From a virus (Duplodnaviria; Caudoviricetes), in IMG/VR virus record IMGVR_UViG_2595698332_000001, positions 4,528 through 68,527 of that record: DNA of 64,000 nucleotides. The stretch is one strand, 5' to 3'. The translations under genes and the position numbers were made by a program. Under the pieces are notes generated by a model. The model was not told the origin of the DNA and did no database searches. It was given only the letters and a program-made list of their open reading frames with translations. Shown here in pieces: positions 57,844 to 64,000 of the stretch (its first letter is position 1; each line of letters starts with the position of its first letter).

Positions 57844-58076
57844 CGGATTCTTCCTTCGACCTCCGAAGGCCGGATGGAGTAGCCATCGCCGTTCTTCCAC
57901 ACGTTTCGTTCATCAACTTCGACCATCTCGCCCCCGTCGAGCAGGATGGTGTACCGGGGGCCAGCATCGAGGACTTCGCCGACCACGACGCCTTCCCACG
58001 GGATTTCAGCCATCACTTCATCGCCGGTTTCGGGCATCTCCATCCCGGCCAGTTCGCCGAGCGAAGCGACGCTCAT
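57840..58076 (-). CDS. Small SH3-like beta protein
   Basis: 78 aa from MSVASL; ETGDEV...GEVL...YTI. Confidence 0.55.
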   Translation of the reverse strand: MSVASLGELAGMEMPETGDEVMAEIPWEGVVVGEVLDAGPRYTILLDGGEMVEVDERNVWKNGDGYSIRPSEVEGRIR

Positions 58077-58363
58077 AGGCCCACCCCCTCGGGGCTGGTG
58101 CGGCCTGTGTAACAGGTCACTTTGGCCTTTGCCCACTTGAGGAGGCCACGGAACGCTTCTTCGCTGTCGATGATGAGGTAGGAGCCGCCCTTTCGCTCGC
58201 CGTCGGCTTCGACGTGAATCGAGTTGTTTTCGCGGATGAACAGCAGGCCCTCGAAGTCTTCCACGCCGCTGATGCCGAACCACAGGCACTCTAAGCGGGT
58301 GGCGAGGAGTTCGTCTTCGGTAGTCGGTTCAGGCGTTTCGTTCGGGTTCTTGCTTGCGAACAT
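58073..58363 (-). CDS. Hypothetical protein
   Basis: 96 aa; leader motif upstream. Confidence 0.6.
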   Translation of the reverse strand: MFASKNPNETPEPTTEDELLATRLECLWFGISGVEDFEGLLFIRENNSIHVEADGERKGGSYLIIDSEEAFRGLLKWAKAKVTCYTGRTSPEGVGL

Positions 58364-58469
58364 TTTTGGAAGGTTGTGCCCCCCCGATGAGGCTGGCCGT
58401 CCCGCCGCCGGGGGAAGGCGGTGGGGTCATCGCCAAGACTTCACGCTATCGCTTCAATTCTTTGCGTCG

Positions 58470-58793
58470 TTAGACTGTTTCGCCGTTCAGCAGTCGCTCA
58501 CGGTTCCCCGTCTTGCCATCTTCGACCGACTCCCAGTAGGAGTCGGGGATGTGGCGGGGGTCGTAATGCTCGTGAAGCCGTCGCTCGTCTTTCGGGGCTT
58601 CGGCTTCACGCTTTCGCCGCATCTCCTCGCGCCGTTCCCGGTTCGTGCGACCATCGGCGATGTACGCCTCGGTTTCCTGCCGGGAGAGGTTCGGGCCGGT
58701 GGCCCGCTCGTTAACGTTGGCCGAAACGGCCTTCAGGCCGGGGTCGCGGGGGCCGGTGAACTGGCTTCGGTGGTTCCAGTCGTCGTCACTCAT
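58470..58793 (-). CDS. Hypothetical protein
   Basis: 107 aa; coupled. Confidence 0.6.
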   Translation of the reverse strand: MSDDDWNHRSQFTGPRDPGLKAVSANVNERATGPNLSRQETEAYIADGRTNRERREEMRRKREAEAPKDERRLHEHYDPRHIPDSYWESVEDGKTGNRERLLNGETV

Positions 58794-59064
58794 TATTAAT
58801 GACTACCGCGACTTGTTCGATGTCTTCGGCGACCCCCCGCTCTATCAACTTCGGGAGTTCTTGAAGGTATGCCGTATGAACAGCGAACGTTACCATCGTG
58901 AGGGAGGTCGTCAGGGCTTCGTTCCACAAGATTCGGAACTCGCCGACATTACACCCCACTTCCTGAAGTTCTCGGGCGACTTGCTGTTCCGCGTTGTCGC
59001 CGTTGTCTGAAGCGACAGTCGCGGCGAACGTCTGGTACTCAAAGGGCTTGTCTCTGAAGTTCAT
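58786..59064 (-). CDS. Hypothetical protein
   Basis: 92 aa; coupled. Confidence 0.6.
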   Translation of the reverse strand: MNFRDKPFEYQTFAATVASDNGDNAEQQVARELQEVGCNVGEFRILWNEALTTSLTMVTFAVHTAYLQELPKLIERGVAEDIEQVAVVINNE

Positions 59065-59435
59065 TATTCCACGACCCCCACAACGTCGTAGCCGGGTTCT
59101 GCGCCGCCTTCGCTCTTGGCCTGCTCGTGGCTCTCGAAGGGGCCAGCCACCACCGGAAGGGAAATCACGTCTTCGTTAGTGAGTTCGGGCCTCGTTTCGT
59201 GTATCTCTCCGATGAGTTCCACGATGTAGAAGACCTCTTTAGACCCGGCGGGGTCATCGGGTTTCTGCTCGATTTGTTTCCGAAGGGCTACTAACGCTTC
59301 GTCTACATCCTTCCGAGTTAGCCTCTCTCCGTTAGAGACTACGACGGCCTCGTCTTCGTCAAAGTGGAAGGCGTCTTCGTTCATCTTGCTATTCGCGTAT
59401 TCGGCGACTACTTCAATCGGGTTCATTTCGCTCAT
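59064..59435 (-). CDS. Hypothetical protein
   Basis: 123 aa from MSEMNP. Confidence 0.6.
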   Translation of the reverse strand: MSEMNPIEVVAEYANSKMNEDAFHFDEDEAVVVSNGERLTRKDVDEALVALRKQIEQKPDDPAGSKEVFYIVELIGEIHETRPELTNEDVISLPVVAGPFESHEQAKSEGGAEPGYDVVGVVE

Positions 59436-59557
59436 TTCTGTGCGCCGTTGTGGCGCGAGGCCCGGTGGGGGTCGTGAACCCCCCGGCGGCATTACCGCGT
59501 CCGGGTTGTGTCGCTGAAGCAATTAACTTACCGGGAGTTAAATCTTTGCTTCAGACT

Positions 59558-60616
59558 TCAGAGGCCGACCATCTCTTTCGCTTCCTCGATGGGAACGCCG
59601 TCGTCCTCGTGAAGCGACATCGCCATCTTCACCTTCGTCGCTTTGCCGACATCCTTCGAGCCGTCAACAGCCACGGCTTCGGCCTCGCCTTCGGCTTCGC
59701 CGTCGTCGTCGTCGTTGCCGAAGAACGCCGCGGCGTCGTTGTCGGGGGCCGACTGCTTGGCCTGCTCGGCCTTTTCGAGCAGGCGGTTGTGGCGGCCTTC
59801 GAGTGCCTTCAGGGCGGTGCTACGGTTGTCCATCGCTTTCTCGACCCGAATCATCGTGTAAACCACGTCTTTGTCTTCGAGGTCGGTGATGAGTTCGCGG
59901 ATTTCTTCCACGCTCATCTCGCCGGGGATGGGGAAGCCCTCCAGTTCGGCATCGAGGACTTCGGGGCTGATGCCGAGGGCGTCGGCGGCTTTCTCGAAGT
60001 CGGTCATCTCCGGCTCGGCGACTTCGGCGACCTCCGGCTCATCGGGAATCTGTTCGAGCAGTTCAAGGGCGGCTTCGAGGTGGCCCTCGTTCTGAACCAG
60101 AACGGGGAGCGTCGTCCCGTCTATGACGGGGAGCAGGAGGGGGAGGCCCATACCGAGTTCGTCGGTGTCTCCCTCCTCCCAGTCGTCCGTCTTCCCTTCC
60201 TGCGCCTTTAGCGCGGCGAGGATGCCGGGGTCAATCTCCTCCGTCTCGATGGTGGGGAGTTCGTGGCCGAACTCCGCGGCGTAGCCGTCGTCCCGCCCGA
60301 AGTTGATGCCGAAGGGGTTGTCGTCCTTCTGCCGGGCACCGAGGGGCTTCTTCACTTCGTGAAGGGCTTTCATCCACTCGACTTGGGGGTCGAGTTCGTC
60401 TTTGCCAGTCCACGAGGTTTCGAGGTCGGGGTGGGCTTTCACGAACGCCGTTGCCGCGGCTTTCGTGTGACCGAGGCTGACGTAGTAGTCCGAAGTCTCG
60501 TTCGCCACCACTTCGGGGGTGTCGTCGTCCGATGACGCCGAAGGCGTCGAAGCGTCGCTGTCGTCGTTGTTTCCAAAGAACTGTTCCGCGGCCTGAGTGT
60601 AGCGGTTTTCGCTCAT
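59558..60616 (-). CDS. Hypothetical acidic early protein
   Basis: 352 aa; leader motif upstream. Confidence 0.75.
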   Translation of the reverse strand: MSENRYTQAAEQFFGNNDDSDASTPSASSDDDTPEVVANETSDYYVSLGHTKAAATAFVKAHPDLETSWTGKDELDPQVEWMKALHEVKKPLGARQKDDNPFGINFGRDDGYAAEFGHELPTIETEEIDPGILAALKAQEGKTDDWEEGDTDELGMGLPLLLPVIDGTTLPVLVQNEGHLEAALELLEQIPDEPEVAEVAEPEMTDFEKAADALGISPEVLDAELEGFPIPGEMSVEEIRELITDLEDKDVVYTMIRVEKAMDNRSTALKALEGRHNRLLEKAEQAKQSAPDNDAAAFFGNDDDDGEAEGEAEAVAVDGSKDVGKATKVKMAMSLHEDDGVPIEEAKEMVGL

Positions 60617-61769
60617 TTTCGGTTGTGTCCCGCCATTAACGCTGGCGTGGCTTTTCGCGCACTCTTGTTCGCCGGGAGTGCGAGCCGGGGTCAGGGGGTC
60701 GCGTGCCTAATTCCACGCGACCCCTTACTGACCTGTAAGTCCGGTCAGGTTGCGAGCCATCATCGTCGTGAGTAATCCTTTCGTGCTACCTTTCCCACCC
60801 TCATCGGGTGGTACTCGTCACCGAAGGTGCTACCGTTGCGCCGTTGGTTTGCGGGTTCCTGTCGGGGCTAACTCTCTTTAAAGAGGACTCCTCCGATGGG
60901 GTTCCGGGCGTGTTTCCTGCCCTTTTTTCGCGTTGTCGGTAACTCCACGTCGTGGGGGGTTCACCTCTCGGTGGCCTTTCCTCGACGCTTCAGCGTCCCG
61001 ATTTCCGCGGCGGTTGACTTTGGCTCGGTGGTATCTCGGGGGTTCCATCGCCGGTCGGTCTTCGTCAGGTCGTCGTTCGTGACTCGAACCCCTTCGGGGG
61101 TCACGAACTCGCTTTCCGCACTTCGGTCGAATCCACTTCTGCCCTTTGGGCCTTCATCCTGCTTACGCTTTCAGAAGGGTTCCAAAGGGGGGTGCTGGTC
61201 TGCCATTAGGGCACGAATTAATCACCGTGTCCGAGTTTCACTCACCGTCCCCGCTAAGGGCACATCCGGGGAAGTCCCGAGGTGGGATGTATTCGGGGGT
61301 GCGCGCCTACTTCCACATCCACGTCCCGTAAGGGACGCTTCGGCGTCGCCCGAAGACCGCGACGGGGCTTGCTTAAGATACGTGGGGTTTGGGGTCGAAC
61401 TAAGCGTGGTCGCACCCCCAAAGGGGGCAACACGCCTTTTAGGTATTCGGCGGCTACTACCACGCTCCACCCCATAGGGGTGAAGCCCGAGCAACCGTCC
61501 CCGTTTTAGCCCCTCTTAACATCGGCGAGGTTCCAAAGGAACCAGCGTTGGTCTGAGGGGCATCCACTTCGCGTTTAAATAACGCGGGTAACGTACCTGA
61601 CGACCGCCGGGAGGGGGGAAGACCCCCTAACACGCCAAACGTGTGTGCGGTCATCGTCGTCACGCCGGAGCCGTCGGGGAAGTCCCGAGTCGCCGCGACC
61701 GGCGACCGTCCGTGCGTGAGAGGCAGTTTGTCGTAGGATGGGAGGGTACATAAACCTGTCGCAACCTGA

Positions 61770-61800
61770 CAGGTACACTATACGGAGTATAGTGTACCTG
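61770..61800. repeat. Perfect 14-bp inverted repeat
   Basis: CAGGTACACTATAC-GGA-GTATAGTGTACCTG. Confidence 0.85.
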
Positions 61801-62618
61801 AGTAGGCAATCGTGAGACGAGGTAGCACGGTATGAGTGAGTCGTACCACCGGCTACTATTCACCGTCGAGAGAGACGAGGAAAAGCCGAAATCGACAGGC
61901 TGAGGGGGTTGAGAGTACCGAATCGCCGAATCTGTCGAAAACCGCCGAAAACCGGAAACCGTACAGCGTCGGGCTGAGAGTGCCGAAAACCGGATAGTTG
62001 CGGTGTTGAGGCGGCGGAATCAAGTCGGAGGAATCGACGGAGAAAGCGGCAAGAACCGCCGGAGACTCCGGGGAGAGTCGGGGGGTAGAGTTCTACATAG
62101 TAGAGTAAAAGGAGGGGGGCCTCGGCTCTTTCCAGAACTACTGATTACTACTTCTTGAACTTTCTATTGGGGCCACCCCGACCCCCGACCCCCGACCCCC
62201 GACCCTCTCCCTTCCCTCTCTCTCTTACTGTTGTAACTCTCCCTTTAGACGGCGGGGTCATCGAGTTTAAACAGAGTTTAGGGGGCCTCGGGGTTTCCAG
62301 CGGGGGCCATAGCCTTCGGCTCACCCCCGGAGTTCGGCTCACCCCCGACTTTCGCCGCGAGCCTCCGGCTCGCCGAGCCGGTCGCCGATGAGGCCCGCGA
62401 AGCGGCTGACCCCCGAAGGGGGTGCGCGTTGCTAAATTCGCGGGGGGTGGGGGGCCTCGCGCGCGAAAGTTCCGCGCGACCCCCCGCGCGCCTGCGATTT
62501 ACGCGCGGCTATGGGGGTCGCGCGCGAAAAAAATGCGCGAGCGCACGCGAAGCGGCGGAGCCGCTTGGGGGGTGGTGCCTCGCAAAAAAAGCCGCGACCG
62601 CCTAAGCCCCGAAGGGGC

Positions 62619-63380
62619 TTACTGAACCGCTTCGAGGGCTTCCTCGGGGTTCTTGCCACCCTCTATGAGGGTGGCGAAGATGTCGTTCTCACCTTCGGTG
62701 AGGGTCGTCAGGTGGAAGCCGGTCTTCTTACGAAGACAGCCAGCACAGAACGGCTTAAAGCCGTTTTCATCGAAGTTCCGACCAATCGGAGATTGGTCGT
62801 GGTCGTGGTGGTCGGCAGGACACTCGCCGCCAAAGGCGGCGTAGTCCTCGCCGTCTTCCAGACGGTCTTTGACCGTCTCGATGACCCCTTCGGGGTCGTT
62901 CTCGAACTCCTTACGGAGTTCGTCCTGTTCGTCCTTCGGAAGTTCTCCGAACTTCCGGTCGTCTTCGACGGCTTCGCCGTCGGTGTTGGCGACCTCGACG
63001 GCCTCACTCCCTTCGGGAGTGGCCCCCAACTCTACGAGTTGGTCGATGCGGTGTTGCTTGTCACCTTCGGTGACACCCCAGTTCTTGGCCTTCGACTGGA
63101 ACTTGTTCCAGTCGTCAGATGCCACCTTTGCCCAAGCCTCCCGAAGGGAGGCTTCATCGACGGCTTCGCCGTCCGGGGCGTCATCGGGTTCAGACCCCTT
63201 CGGGGTCTGCGTCTCAGGCTCCTTCGGAGCCTGCGGCTCGGATTCCACGACCCCGAACTCCTTACGGAGTTCCGTTCCGTCGTCCATTTCGACCACGATG
63301 GCAACCCCCGTTGGGGTTGCGAACTTCGCCGCGTTGTTCAGCCACGATGCCACTTCGTCGGCCACTTTGTCTTCCGACAT
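62619..63380 (-). CDS. Hypothetical early protein with Cys/His cluster
   Basis: 253 aa acidic; ECPADHH...FCAGC; TTTAAG TATA about 25-30 nt upstream. Confidence 0.72.
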   Translation of the reverse strand: MSEDKVADEVASWLNNAAKFATPTGVAIVVEMDDGTELRKEFGVVESEPQAPKEPETQTPKGSEPDDAPDGEAVDEASLREAWAKVASDDWNKFQSKAKNWGVTEGDKQHRIDQLVELGATPEGSEAVEVANTDGEAVEDDRKFGELPKDEQDELRKEFENDPEGVIETVKDRLEDGEDYAAFGGECPADHHDHDQSPIGRNFDENGFKPFCAGCLRKKTGFHLTTLTEGENDIFATLIEGGKNPEEALEAVQ

Positions 63381-64000
63381 AGCAACTGGTCGTTGGGGGG
63401 GAGGGTACTTAAAGCCGTCGGTCGGTTAGCGCGGGAGGGACTCGCGCCGCATAATGCGCGCGGTCCCCGCGCCCACCGACCAGCCGGTTTGTTTCGGGCT
63501 TGATACGCCGAACGAAAGGCCGGAAAAAAGACGGGGAGTATATAAACCCCCGGTGAAAGTCGGGGGGTTGAGGGGGGTCGGAAACGGCGAATTGACTGGG
63601 TAGAGAGGCTGAAACCAAGGTTTAGAGTTTCTATGTCGGGCGGCTAAACCGTCGGTACAAGCCCTGAAACCCCGAACTTCAGGGGGTCGTGAAATCCTGA
63701 AGCCGGGGGGTGATGGACGGCGGCGATGAAGTCACCCCCTGAAACCCCTGAGAACCGGAGCGGAGCGACGGGGGGAGGGGGTCGCCTCGGGGTCGCGCGG
63801 CGCGCGAAGGGCCATCGCGCAGGCTCGCGCGGCTACTGCGGGCGGGCGACCGCGGGCATTATGCGCGGGGGCGGGGCGCGCGGCGGGCCGGGGAGGCGCG
63901 GGCGGGGGAGGCGCGCGGGCATCGCGGGCGGGTGGGCGCACGCCCCGCCCGAAGGGCGGGGTTGGCACACGGGCGAGGGCGGGGGCGCGCGCGATTTGGT

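Noticed and set aside
60640-61860. Group I/II intron or tandem guide-RNA array
   Set aside because: No recognisable domain V or P7 core, no interrupted host gene, and no regular repeat periodicity
60896-61863. ORFs of 61-193 aa in the non-coding region
   Set aside because: Basic, Arg/Ser/Pro-rich, lacking the acidic bias and codon usage of real genes here

Overview
The window is most of the genome of a haloarchaeal tailed virus (myovirus). The proteins are acidic, and gene order fits the HF1/HF2-HSTV-2 group (Hafunaviridae). A minor capsid gene and a single tRNA-Gln(TTG) suggest a Mincapvirus-like member; this is inference. From 1 to 23.3 kb (+ strand) is the virion module: terminase tail end, portal, protease, capsid, neck, contractile tail, baseplate, fibres and Gly-rich adhesin. 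From 23.4 to 41.9 kb (- strand) are replication and nucleotide genes (ThyX, PolB, Cas4-like nuclease, primase, helicase) and tRNA-Gln. From 42.4 to 46.4 kb are Zn-finger, LAGLIDADG-like, ERCC4 and integrase genes, with a tRNA-Leu-derived attP. From 46.4 to 63.4 kb (- strand) are early/accessory genes, ending in a largely non-coding, GC-rich terminal region. Four observations stand out. (1) The HK97-gp10-like neck gene is split by a HipA/PI3-PI4K-like kinase domain plus a small ORF, resembling a virion-linked toxin/immunity cassette. (2) There is a candidate RNA regulatory circuit: a conserved leader on more than 10 mRNAs, a promoter-driven non-coding RNA carrying the antisense of that leader, and six dispersed mini-tRNA-like elements upstream of genes. 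(3) The 9-mer CCGATGAGG occurs at least 30 times across the genome. (4) There is a roughly 1.2 kb structured non-coding region. All family assignments come from motif recognition by eye, not database searches.
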